Below, piece after piece: positions 16,026 to 24,973 of a DNA stretch of 37,603 nucleotides (positions are counted from its first letter, which is position 1; the number at the start of each line of letters is the position of its first letter). The position numbers were made by a program, and so were the translations under genes. This DNA comes from a virus: IMG/VR virus record IMGVR_UViG_3300018494_000062; one strand, 5' to 3'. The notes beneath the pieces were generated by a model, which saw nothing but the letters and a program-made list of their open reading frames with translations, did not search any database and was not told the origin of the DNA.

Positions 16026-18521
16026 TTATGTTGTTATGTTAAGAACCGATTTTTGAAGTTCTATGAATTTGTTATCAATATATGATTTTGTGTCAGCCAC
16101 ATATTCAACAGCCATATGTGCATTTTTGTCATTGAAAATGTTGGTTGTTGTTTTGTGACAGTGAATTGCTTTATATGCTGCAATTTCTTCTTCTGAAAGT
16201 GGTGTTTCAATAGGTGTTTCAAGTTCATAAAGCACACTAAATGGATTGTTTTCAATCCATGTTCGCAAACTGTCAACATCACTTATACCTTCAGGAACTC
16301 TTATCATAGCACCATATGCATTGCCAATCTTGAAGAATCCAGATTGTGTGAGTGAACCAGACACAAAAACAAAACGATTGGATAAAGCTGCACCATTCGC
16401 TTTTGATGGATAGGTCATTGAAGTTTTTACAAGGTAGAAATATGATTCAGCACTTTTCACCCATCTTTCATCTTCTGATCCATCATAATTTGCCAACATC
16501 ACCCTTTGCACATAAACACCTTTTTCAAGGTCAATTTCATCACAAATCCACTGTTGACCGCTTGCATCAGTATAATTGCCACCTGATGCCACTGGAATGC
16601 CTGGCAGTCCGTTTGTTGCGGAAAAGGTTGCTGTTTTCACTTCCTTTCCCAGTTCAAAAGGTGTTGCATCTTCACCTATTTCAAGTTGTGGTTTTATAAC
16701 AAGATTATTAAGCACAACCCCTGCTTTTACATAAAATTTCAAAGTGGTTAAATTTCCATTGAATGAATATGTTTTTTTAACATCACCAACTGGCAATTCG
16801 TATTTCCCATCAATGTATGGTTGCATGTAATATGTTGAAGGTGAACCGCCTGACACACCTGATAAAGTGTATGTACCTTTGACAAGCAAATTGCCCTGAA
16901 ATATTGAAAATGCAGTGTCATCTTCAGCTGTACCATTTACCACTATGTGACCATTATCTTTGACAGTGAATTTGATGCCTTTTGCTTCCATACTTCCTTT
17001 GGCATAAGGGAATGGGATCAGATTCTTCCCATACACACCCACTTCAATGCCATCTTCAGCAATATTTACCAGTTCTTGTGCCCATTCAGGTGATGGTGAA
17101 GGCACTGCACCTGAATATTCTTCAAATTCAGTTTCAGTTTCGCCAACCTCAATTTGTATGTTTTCTATTCTTAATTTGTTTGAATTTAAGCAAAATGCAG
17201 GATAAAACACTGCACCAGAGTATGCACTGCTTATGGTAAATTTTTGTGATATCCTTTTTTTCTCGTTTATGGGCAAACTTATATTGTATTTCCCAGAGTA
17301 ACCATTGCCAGTTCCTTCTACATATAGATGGATATTTGTCACATTTGGTGTTGGTGAATTTCCAGTTTCTAAAAGTGTAATATCGGCAGATACTGTTACA
17401 GTTTGATTTTCATATAATGTAGGGCATATGCCAGTTTCATCTGACCATCCACTCATTAACCACCCACGAGAATAACTATTTGTTTGAGTACTGGATTCTT
17501 TTTGATTCCCTTGTGCAATAACACCATTTTCTAATTCTTCAATGGTTTTTCCTTCCGATATTCTTGGCTTTTTATAACCATATAAGTTCTTACCAGTTGT
17601 GGTTTTCTGTGTTGTCTTGCCGTATATGTTTAATGCCCTTAACTTTGCATTTGAACTGTCATTCAGATGAATGCTTTCACCTTCATCTTCACAAACAATT
17701 GCCCTGTCATTTATAAAGGCAATATCATCAGTGTTTTGTGTGATTCTTGCTTCATGGTCATCAAGTGTGTCTGCATCCTTTTGGAATTGCTGTCTGACCG
17801 CTTCCCCTGCTGAATCATACTGTGTGCCATCATGACCAACACGAATGTCCATAAGTTCAGCATCACCAGTTGTGCTTCCTTCTTTCATTGTGGCAAGGTT
17901 GTCAACCCTTGCTTTCAAAAGTGCCTGTTCTGCTGTTAAATTCGCAATATTGTCTTTGTTTTCTTTTACCTGTACAATGTCAAGCTGACTTGCAACAGTG
18001 TCATCAACCCAGATTCTGATTTGATTTTGAAGTTCCTGTTTCCATGCTTCTATAATATCAACATATTCTTCAAGCACTTCATCTGAACAATCAAGACCTT
18101 TTCCAACAGATATTCCGCTGAAGATTGATGTGTTCCATGCATAATCAACATCAGTACCATTCAAACAAACAAAACGGACTAAAAATGCAAGACTTCCTGC
18201 ATATTTTGTGGCATTCCTTGAAAGAAGCCATGAACATTGCACATTGTTTTCATCCGTTTCATCAATTTGCAAGTCTGTCACTTCATAAATGCCTGTTGTC
18301 TGTTCTTTTGTATCTGAATTGATGTAATGTATTTCAACTTTGTCACTTTCAAGCATGTCATGGCCTTCAACAAATCTTGGAATTGTGAAAGTGAATCTTT
18401 CAGAATTGTGGTCATTCTGCATGATTGAAATTTTAGTTGGTGTCATGTTTTTTATTGTCCTTGTTATAGGATCAATCACAAAGTGTGCATCTGTATCAAA
18501 TACTTTTTTTGTATGTGACAT
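16026..18521 (-). CDS. Large fibre / receptor-binding-type protein with a BppU_N-like N-terminus
   Basis: ISIMQNDHNSERFTFTIPRF...VEIHYINSD is BppU_N-like. A coiled coil follows, then the fibre motif GDAELMDIRVGHDGTQYDSAGEAVRQQ and about 550 aa of beta-rich sequence. ATG at 18521 follows GAAAGGGGTGA; the track start at 18530 is a GTG inside the SD. Confidence 0.7.
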   Translation of the reverse strand: MSHTKKVFDTDAHFVIDPITRTIKNMTPTKISIMQNDHNSERFTFTIPRFVEGHDMLESDKVEIHYINSDTKEQTTGIYEVTDLQIDETDENNVQCSWLLSRNATKYAGSLAFLVRFVCLNGTDVDYAWNTSIFSGISVGKGLDCSDEVLEEYVDIIEAWKQELQNQIRIWVDDTVASQLDIVQVKENKDNIANLTAEQALLKARVDNLATMKEGSTTGDAELMDIRVGHDGTQYDSAGEAVRQQFQKDADTLDDHEARITQNTDDIAFINDRAIVCEDEGESIHLNDSSNAKLRALNIYGKTTQKTTTGKNLYGYKKPRISEGKTIEELENGVIAQGNQKESSTQTNSYSRGWLMSGWSDETGICPTLYENQTVTVSADITLLETGNSPTPNVTNIHLYVEGTGNGYSGKYNISLPINEKKRISQKFTISSAYSGAVFYPAFCLNSNKLRIENIQIEVGETETEFEEYSGAVPSPSPEWAQELVNIAEDGIEVGVYGKNLIPFPYAKGSMEAKGIKFTVKDNGHIVVNGTAEDDTAFSIFQGNLLVKGTYTLSGVSGGSPSTYYMQPYIDGKYELPVGDVKKTYSFNGNLTTLKFYVKAGVVLNNLVIKPQLEIGEDATPFELGKEVKTATFSATNGLPGIPVASGGNYTDASGQQWICDEIDLEKGVYVQRVMLANYDGSEDERWVKSAESYFYLVKTSMTYPSKANGAALSNRFVFVSGSLTQSGFFKIGNAYGAMIRVPEGISDVDSLRTWIENNPFSVLYELETPIETPLSEEEIAAYKAIHCHKTTTNIFNDKNAHMAVEYVADTKSYIDNKFIELQKSVLNITT

Positions 18522-18550
18522 CAAAATCACCCCTTTCTTTTACTTATCTT

Positions 18551-19348
18551 TTATGCAGTGGCAATTCCACCGCTTTTATATCCTATAATTTTGTATGGAA
18601 TACACCATCCATTGCTTTTTGTGGATGCTCTTATATATGCATCTTCAAATTCTGCACCGCTGTCTGTCATTTTATATTTTCTATATCTACTCAATTCATC
18701 ATCATCTGTTATCAATGCATATGTTTCCCCTTTGCAACAGCATTCTGCTTCTTCCAAAAATCCACCACTATTTTGATTTGCAAAGACAATTTTAAATCTT
18801 GTGTATTCACTCAAATCAAGTGCAATTGTCTGTGCAGCAAATGCCGTTGTGATGTCTGGATTTGTCCATAATTCAGTGCCATTCAAGGTTTCATTCACTT
18901 CTGCAACATAATCTTCAAATCTTTTGTTGAGTGCTGTTGTAAATGGATCAAGATGTCCATTCACCGCTGCCAAAAACTGTTGATACAAGTCCATTGTTGG
19001 ATTTAGTGTTGTATATCCAGCATCTGCACCTTGTTCAATCTTGTATTTTACCAGTGTTGATGTCTTGATTGCTGTTCCGTCTATTGTTGCACCCCTTACA
19101 CCAATAAAAAGTGTTCCTGCTTCTGCAAGCACTTCATGTGGAACAACACATGCATCATCAGTCAACAGCATTTCAACTGGTGTTGTGTTCTTTGCCGTAT
19201 GAAACACCGCTGTTCTTGCACTGTAATCATTCCAGGCATCATCAAACACAACTTGAAGCTGAACAGATTCAACATCACCTGATGCAATTTTGACCTTCTG
19301 TGCAGCAATCAAATGTTGATCCGCTGTGTATAAGTTTATAACTGTCAT
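18551..19348 (-). CDS. BppU_N-like baseplate/receptor-binding-type protein
   Basis: VQLQVVFDDAWNDYSARTAVFHT...GTLFIGVRGATIDG...VKYKIEQG is BppU_N-like. The C-terminal head has ELWTNP...AQTIALDLSEY. GAAGGGGA SD. Confidence 0.6.
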   Translation of the reverse strand: MTVINLYTADQHLIAAQKVKIASGDVESVQLQVVFDDAWNDYSARTAVFHTAKNTTPVEMLLTDDACVVPHEVLAEAGTLFIGVRGATIDGTAIKTSTLVKYKIEQGADAGYTTLNPTMDLYQQFLAAVNGHLDPFTTALNKRFEDYVAEVNETLNGTELWTNPDITTAFAAQTIALDLSEYTRFKIVFANQNSGGFLEEAECCCKGETYALITDDDELSRYRKYKMTDSGAEFEDAYIRASTKSNGWCIPYKIIGYKSGGIATA

Positions 19349-19365
19349 CTTTTCCCCTTCTTTCT

Positions 19366-19396
19366 AATAAAAAAAGGACTGAATTCAATCAGTCCT
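19366..19396 (-). terminator. Rho-independent terminator (proximal of two)
   Basis: Perfect 8-bp stem AGGACTGA/TCAGTCCT with a 6-nt loop. On the minus strand it is followed by TTTTTTTATT. Confidence 0.75.
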
Positions 19397-19410
19397 TAAA
19401 AAATTGCATT

Positions 19411-19445
19411 AAAAAAGCACCCTGCATTCATTCCTGCAAAGTGCT
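19411..19445 (-). terminator. Rho-independent terminator (distal of two)
   Basis: The minus strand reads AGCACTTTGCA-ggaatgaa-TGCAGGGTGCT, an 11-bp stem with two G:U pairs, then TTTTTT. It starts 3 nt after the stop of the 72-aa ORF. Confidence 0.65.
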
Positions 19446-19447
19446 TT

Positions 19448-19666
19448 TTATTTTTGTCTATCTTTGAAGAAGTCTGCCCAGTATGGATTTTCTTCATCAA
19501 ATATTTTCTTCTGCTCTGGTGTCAATTTGTGTGGATAATCAGCAAACATGTTGAATATATGTTCTTTGTCAAAGCTGAACAACCATTCGCCAACTGTTTC
19601 AGGATTTTCAACCCACCAGATTGCATCTGAAGGATTGTTTTTATAAAACTTATTTAATTGTGCCAT
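19448..19666 (-). CDS. 72-aa hypothetical protein (candidate partner of the MuF C-terminal domain)
   Basis: AAAGGAAGGG SD lies 5 nt upstream. Its start overlaps the last 17 nt of the MuF gene. No family recognised. Confidence 0.6.
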   Translation of the reverse strand: MAQLNKFYKNNPSDAIWWVENPETVGEWLFSFDKEHIFNMFADYPHKLTPEQKKIFDEENPYWADFFKDRQK

Positions 19667-21461
19667 ATTTACCCTTCCTTTGCTCGTTTTCTGCTGTGTT
19701 TATATACCCTAAAAGGTTTTTAAGGTCATTTGAATCCTTAAATGAATCAACATCAATCATGAACGAATCCACACCAAATGTGCTTTTAACCTCGCCAAAC
19801 CTTGATTTGAGCGTATAACCTGGATTTCCGTTGAAATCTGTCCATCCGCTTCTTGTTGCTGATTGCAATTCAAGATATTGCAGTATGCCTTCATCCGTTT
19901 TCCTTACAATAGCTGCATGTTTGCCTGAAACAAGATAGTATTCTTTGCTTGTTTCAAGTTGTTTTAACAGCTTTTTGCCTGCTGTTACTGATGATTTTGC
20001 TGATTCCGTTATTGTTTTAATGCCTGGAAGTCTGGATATTGCATCCAAATTAAACTTGGTTGCAAAGAATCTTCTGCTTGCACCATCTCTGAAGTCAAGC
20101 ACATTCAAGCCACCCTTTTGCCCAATATAAGCAAGACCAACTGAAGCACAAGAACCAGATGTGTTGTCACCACCTGACAGAACATTGATGATTTCATCAT
20201 TTGTCAAAGGTGTGTCATGTCTTTTTACTTCTCTGTATTCAACACCTTGTGTTTTCAAATCATCAATAATCTTTTTGCAATCATCACTTACTTTTTCCGC
20301 TTGTATTTTAACACCTTTTACATTATTTGTCAATACCTTTGTTGCTTTCGGCTGTTTATTAAACATAGGATTGTTTGCAAGTAATTTGGAATAATGGTTG
20401 TATTCCCTTGTGTTCATCATGTCCAGAACCTTTTGAAAATCCTTTGTGCCATACTTTTCTTCCATCTGCTGAACATAATTCATATACTTCTTATTTTCCT
20501 TTGAATAGAAGCCTTTTTTGAATTCTGCATAGTCTTCTGGCTTTTCAAATGATTCAAGTTGCTTTGTGAAGTTGTTCATCTTTGTGAATCCACCTTGCAC
20601 CGCCCATCTTGCCCTTTGAAGCAATGCACACCGACAATTGACAACTTCTGCTGCACCGCCTGAAGAATCACCAGGAAGCATCAAACCATTGCTGAACTTT
20701 TCATCAAGTTCCCTGATTTCACCATCAACCATTGCATGTGATTCCCTTGTCTTGCCATCAAGTGTTGCATCCCACTGTTTGACCACATCAGCACCTTTTT
20801 CTTTTGCCTTGTAGCATGTGTCCATTGCTGATTGACACTGTATTCTGTGGCCTTCTGTCCTTGCAATCCTGATCGCATTGTTATATCCAATTTTGGTATA
20901 TGCAGAAAGTTGTTGTGCAACTTGCTTGAATGTCATGCCTGTTGCAATGCCCCTGCTGACCTGTGCTGTGATTTTCTTCTTCAGCAAGCCAACATCTTCA
21001 CCCAGTCTTGAATATAAACCTTGACTGATTTTTGAATCCAGTTGCACTGCTCTGACCATTGCTTCCTGATCCAAAGGAAAACAAAGCGGAATGCCCTGTC
21101 CTTGCAGGTCATACATTGTGCCAATAAATCCGTCTTCATAGCATTTATTGAGATAATCAGCAACATTTGTGAATTCTTCCTTGTGCATCTTGTCAAGAAT
21201 GTCACTGACTTGCTTTTTCAATGATTCCTGGTATTTCTTTTGATACACTTTTGACTGCATCCTTGATTTTAGAATTTCCCTTTCTTCTTCATCTTCAATG
21301 TTGTCATATACAGCTTTCAGGTCTTCAAATTCTTCATGCAGTGTCTGTGCCTTTTTTGTGATGTCATCAAGTGATTTGTTGTAGGCTTGTTTTAATCTTT
21401 TGATGATTGCTTCTTCATTGTTCAAAAAGGTTTGTTGCACTATTTTTTGCCTTTTATTCAT
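19650..21461 (-). CDS. Head morphogenesis protein, SPP1 gp7 / Mu F family, with a ~310-aa C-terminal extension
   Basis: IRIARTEGHRIQ...DATLDGKTRESHAMVDGE...VVNCRCALL is the Phage_Mu_F core at about aa 190-285. Residues ~290-603 are additional and unassigned. Confidence 0.85.
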   Translation of the reverse strand: MNKRQKIVQQTFLNNEEAIIKRLKQAYNKSLDDITKKAQTLHEEFEDLKAVYDNIEDEEEREILKSRMQSKVYQKKYQESLKKQVSDILDKMHKEEFTNVADYLNKCYEDGFIGTMYDLQGQGIPLCFPLDQEAMVRAVQLDSKISQGLYSRLGEDVGLLKKKITAQVSRGIATGMTFKQVAQQLSAYTKIGYNNAIRIARTEGHRIQCQSAMDTCYKAKEKGADVVKQWDATLDGKTRESHAMVDGEIRELDEKFSNGLMLPGDSSGGAAEVVNCRCALLQRARWAVQGGFTKMNNFTKQLESFEKPEDYAEFKKGFYSKENKKYMNYVQQMEEKYGTKDFQKVLDMMNTREYNHYSKLLANNPMFNKQPKATKVLTNNVKGVKIQAEKVSDDCKKIIDDLKTQGVEYREVKRHDTPLTNDEIINVLSGGDNTSGSCASVGLAYIGQKGGLNVLDFRDGASRRFFATKFNLDAISRLPGIKTITESAKSSVTAGKKLLKQLETSKEYYLVSGKHAAIVRKTDEGILQYLELQSATRSGWTDFNGNPGYTLKSRFGEVKSTFGVDSFMIDVDSFKDSNDLKNLLGYINTAENEQRKGKYGTIK

Positions 21462-21478
21462 AGCACATCACCACCTTT

Positions 21479-22966
21479 TTATTCTTCAGGTGTGTCAATT
21501 GGAATTTCATCTTCTTCTGTTGTTTTCACCGCTGACAGCATTGCTTTTGCATCATCAGTGTTCTTTTCTTCCTGCATCTTTTCAATCTGGTCTTTCAATT
21601 CATCAAAATTCCAGTCCATAACTTCACAGATTGCTTTCAATGTCTTTTCATCACCAACATTTGCAGCAACATTCAAGATTGTGTTCACTCTGATTTGCTG
21701 TGTTTCAGCTTCAGTTTTCTGATTCTGAATGTTTTCTGTTTCATTTGTCAGTGATGTTCTTTCAAAGTTGAATTCAATGTCTTTAAGCTGATAATCAGTG
21801 CCATTTTCCTGATTGATTTCAGCAAGAACCACTTTGACAATTTCTTTTAATACTTTGCAAAGTCTTTTTGTCATGGCAATTGCTTTCAAATCCAGTGCAT
21901 AGAATGCTGTTTTGACTGCCATGTTTGTTGTTGCATTTGTATCTTTCAAGCTGGTTGTGTCCATACCCATGCCGAACTTGTAAATTGCTTTTTCATCAAG
22001 TTCAAGTTTTTCTTTTCTTGCCTGGTATGGAATATCAACTGTCTGAATGTCAATGCCACCTTCAGCATCAACACCAACCACTTTCTTTGTTTTTAAGTTC
22101 TGCTGAAGTTCATCAAGGTTGTCACCCTGAAAACCTTTTACAACATGAATTGGTGTGTCAAAATCCTTCAGGTTGTTTGACAATGCACATGCATGAAGGT
22201 CATAATCATCAATCAATGCTTTAATTGGTGCAAGACCGCTGATTTGCTTCTTGTTATTGTCCAACCGCCAAAATGGAATATATCCCAAAGGATAACCCAT
22301 TCTTTTGCCTGTCTTTTCATCCGTATAAACCACATGTGGTCTTGGATTGATTTCAACTGTATCATCAAGCTGAATTTTGCCTGTTGAACCTGCTTGAACA
22401 TAGAAATATGTTTCATTCTCTGTCCAGTCCTGAATCCTTTTAATGACCTTTTTGCCCTTGTCAATTCTGTCTATATACCAGAACAGAATATGGTCACAGT
22501 CATCATCAGTGTCTTTTGCTCTTACTTCAACAACACCCATTCCATCAGCTTGCTGAAAAGAAAGTCTGTTGTCTTTGTTTTTATATCCGTAAATGTAGTC
22601 AAAGCCTTTGTTGTATGCCCCTTTTACAAGTTCACCGATTTCAGACCAGAATTCATCATCAAAATACATGTCAAGATGGTCTTGCAATCCTTCTGTCTTT
22701 TCTTTTGCTTTGATTGGATTTTCTTTGAATGATAGAACATAAGATGCAAGCTGATCAGATAACAATGTGAAGAATGGATGACTGATTTTGATGTTGCTTC
22801 TGTATGTATCTTCAGTCAGTATTCCATCTGTATTGAAATAAAACATTCTATAATTTAGAATGTCATGTCTTGCATCATAATATCTTTGACCTATTCCAGC
22901 CATGTGTTTTTTCTCTGATGTTATATCTTCATCAATGAACCTTTTAATTTCTGCTATTGATAACAC
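21479..22966 (-). CDS. Portal protein (SPP1 gp6 family)
   Basis: 495 aa. The N-terminus IKRFIDEDITSEKKHMAGIGQRYYDARHDILNYR is typical of SPP1-type portals. GTG start about 10 nt after AAGGGGTGA. Confidence 0.9.
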   Translation of the reverse strand: MLSIAEIKRFIDEDITSEKKHMAGIGQRYYDARHDILNYRMFYFNTDGILTEDTYRSNIKISHPFFTLLSDQLASYVLSFKENPIKAKEKTEGLQDHLDMYFDDEFWSEIGELVKGAYNKGFDYIYGYKNKDNRLSFQQADGMGVVEVRAKDTDDDCDHILFWYIDRIDKGKKVIKRIQDWTENETYFYVQAGSTGKIQLDDTVEINPRPHVVYTDEKTGKRMGYPLGYIPFWRLDNNKKQISGLAPIKALIDDYDLHACALSNNLKDFDTPIHVVKGFQGDNLDELQQNLKTKKVVGVDAEGGIDIQTVDIPYQARKEKLELDEKAIYKFGMGMDTTSLKDTNATTNMAVKTAFYALDLKAIAMTKRLCKVLKEIVKVVLAEINQENGTDYQLKDIEFNFERTSLTNETENIQNQKTEAETQQIRVNTILNVAANVGDEKTLKAICEVMDWNFDELKDQIEKMQEEKNTDDAKAMLSAVKTTEEDEIPIDTPEE

Positions 22967-22992
22967 TTCTATATTTCACCCCTTTTAATTGC

Positions 22993-23021
22993 AAATAAAA
23001 AAGCCTTTGTTCTAAAGGCTT
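22993..23021 (-). terminator. Hairpin terminator between terL and portal
   Basis: The minus strand reads AAGCCTTT-agaac-AAAGGCTT followed by TTTTATTTG. Confidence 0.55.
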
Positions 23022-23172
23022 TGTAAACTTATATTATAGACGGAACAACCAGCACCTTTTTATGACCACCGATTGTGACCATTATGAAAGGAGTTTATGG
23101 TTGAAAAGCAATGCTGCCCCACTAACATTGCCAAAGACCACAGGTGCTGTGCTGCCGTTTGTTGTATGCCTT

Positions 23173-24426
23173 TTATACAAGCCACTGTTTGACTTTTCGC
23201 CATCCTTCAACACCATATCTTAATGCAGCCATTGCATCATCCATGACTGGAACAGGATCATCAAGATATTCACCTGATTTTTCATCCTTCTTCCATTTCC
23301 ATTGCTGCATTTCCTTAATTGTATTGACACAGTGTGGATGTACATATATAAATCTTTGCTTTAACCAGTCAATTTGTGCATTGACAGAACCTTTTGAACC
23401 GCCTTTGTCAACTGGTCTTGCCCTGAACCCTGCTTTTGTCCATTCTTTGATTCTGTCTGGTTCAGCACTATCACACCACATCTGTTTTTTTGTAGGAATT
23501 GCATGTTTGATTGCTTCCTGCACAATTTCAGATGTGCTTTTTTCATGAATATATATTTCATCTAATATGTAGATATTATCATCTTTAATTCCTAAAAGAA
23601 GAATTGCATTTGCATGGTTGAATCCAAAGTCCTGACCAATTGCAATGTCATCATAGTCATTCAGATTCTGTGAAATGTCCTTGATTTCCCAGTTTTGAAG
23701 AATCAAGCCACCAATTTCACCCCATTCACCCAAACCATATATTTGATATCCGTCTGGATCAACAATCTTTCTTCTTTCCATTCTTGCCCTGTATGCATCA
23801 TCAATGAATCTGTTCATCAAATATGTTGAATGATGTGTCAGAACATTATCATCTGGAATGTCAAAAAAGACTTTCTTTATCCAGTGATTCTTGTTTACTG
23901 GATTGAAAGTCATTCTGATCTGATAGAATTGCCCTTTAGGAAGTTCACCCCTTAATCTGTCATCAATGATTTCAACATCAGCCTGTGTGAATTCCGTTGC
24001 TTCTTCAAGCCAGACATCAGTCAGTTTCCCTTTTTGGAATGTGATTGACTTCAACTTTTCCCTTTGTTTATCGTCATTCATTCCCCTGAAAATGACCTTG
24101 TTTCCATTGTGTCTGCATGTCAATTGTAGTGGTGACCTGTTTATTTGCCAATACTGTTCAGCTTTATCACCGAACATCCTATATATAGCACCAGTCAATT
24201 CAGCAAAGGTTGAATCCCTGTTTGTGATGTCAGATTTTCGCATTGCTACAAGATTTCTTCCTTTGTCCTGCATCAACCTTAAAATATAATTCTGTGCAGT
24301 GTCAACAGATTTTCCTGAACCAGCCGATCCACGCATCACAATATATCTTTTCTGGCTTTGGTTTACTTCCTTAAAACCTGGATTTGCTTGAATCTTAATG
24401 TTCATCAGATTCATCCCCATAATCAA
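23173..24426 (-). CDS. terL: Terminase large subunit (PBSX/Terminase_3-type)
   Basis: Walker A motif RGSAGSGKS, and a C-terminal nuclease region (DFGFNHANA...WCDSAEP). The start is uncertain: TTG at 24426, or ATG at 24420, 24414 or 24405. It overlaps the terS stop. Confidence 0.92.
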   Translation of the reverse strand: MIMGMNLMNIKIQANPGFKEVNQSQKRYIVMRGSAGSGKSVDTAQNYILRLMQDKGRNLVAMRKSDITNRDSTFAELTGAIYRMFGDKAEQYWQINRSPLQLTCRHNGNKVIFRGMNDDKQREKLKSITFQKGKLTDVWLEEATEFTQADVEIIDDRLRGELPKGQFYQIRMTFNPVNKNHWIKKVFFDIPDDNVLTHHSTYLMNRFIDDAYRARMERRKIVDPDGYQIYGLGEWGEIGGLILQNWEIKDISQNLNDYDDIAIGQDFGFNHANAILLLGIKDDNIYILDEIYIHEKSTSEIVQEAIKHAIPTKKQMWCDSAEPDRIKEWTKAGFRARPVDKGGSKGSVNAQIDWLKQRFIYVHPHCVNTIKEMQQWKWKKDEKSGEYLDDPVPVMDDAMAALRYGVEGWRKVKQWLV

Positions 24427-24898
24427 CAGAAATGTTCAATTCCATATCCACTTGCTGTTCAACCTTTTCTGTGTATAGTCCATATGCTTTGCCAAGAAGT
24501 TCAGCTGCTTTGTTTGCATCAGACAACCTTGCTGGAATATCAACAATGGCTGGTTTTTCTTCTGTCACTGTTTGTTTTTTTAATTTTCCAGTGTCTTCAT
24601 CCTTCACCCATTTTTCAACCTTGTTTTGTAGTGTTACAACAACACATTCATTCATTTCCCTTCGCATTACAGATGAAAGATATTTCAGCACTTCATCCTG
24701 ATCAGCAATCAATTCTGATTCCTTTTCAGCCATTCTTTTTTCTATATATTCCTTGATGTATGGTTTTGTTAGGTTTTCATTTGCAATTGCTCTTGCCGTT
24801 TTCTTTGAATATCCTGCCCTGATTGCAGCTTGTGTTGCATTCAGGTCAATCAAGTATTCATCACAGAATCTTTGCTGTTTAGCAGTCATTTTTTCCAT
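24395..24898 (-). CDS. terS: Terminase small subunit (Terminase_2-type)
   Basis: TAKQQRFCDEYLIDLNATQAAIRAGYSKKTARAIANENLTKP is the canonical HTH N-terminus. GAAAGGGGTG SD. Confidence 0.9.
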   Translation of the reverse strand: MEKMTAKQQRFCDEYLIDLNATQAAIRAGYSKKTARAIANENLTKPYIKEYIEKRMAEKESELIADQDEVLKYLSSVMRREMNECVVVTLQNKVEKWVKDEDTGKLKKQTVTEEKPAIVDIPARLSDANKAAELLGKAYGLYTEKVEQQVDMELNISVDYGDESDEH

Positions 24899-24973
24899 CC
24901 TGCAACACCCCTTTCTTTACAACAAAAAACCACCAAGACAACAAATGACTGGTAGTTTAGATAATTTAACAGT

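Noticed and set aside
16026-19348. Diversity-generating retroelement (DGR) or invertible (shufflon/Gin-type) control of the fibre genes
   Set aside because: No reverse transcriptase ORF is present and I saw no template/variable repeat pair. The sequences flanking the cassette are direct repeats, not inverted repeats. The only recombinase is the large serine integrase next to attP.
22967-23172. tRNA or other known structured RNA gene in the terL-portal spacer (also checked in the other intergenic regions)
   Set aside because: I could not fold a cloverleaf, and no T-loop GTTCGAATC-like box or acceptor-stem pairing is present. Only a terminator hairpin and short local stems are visible.
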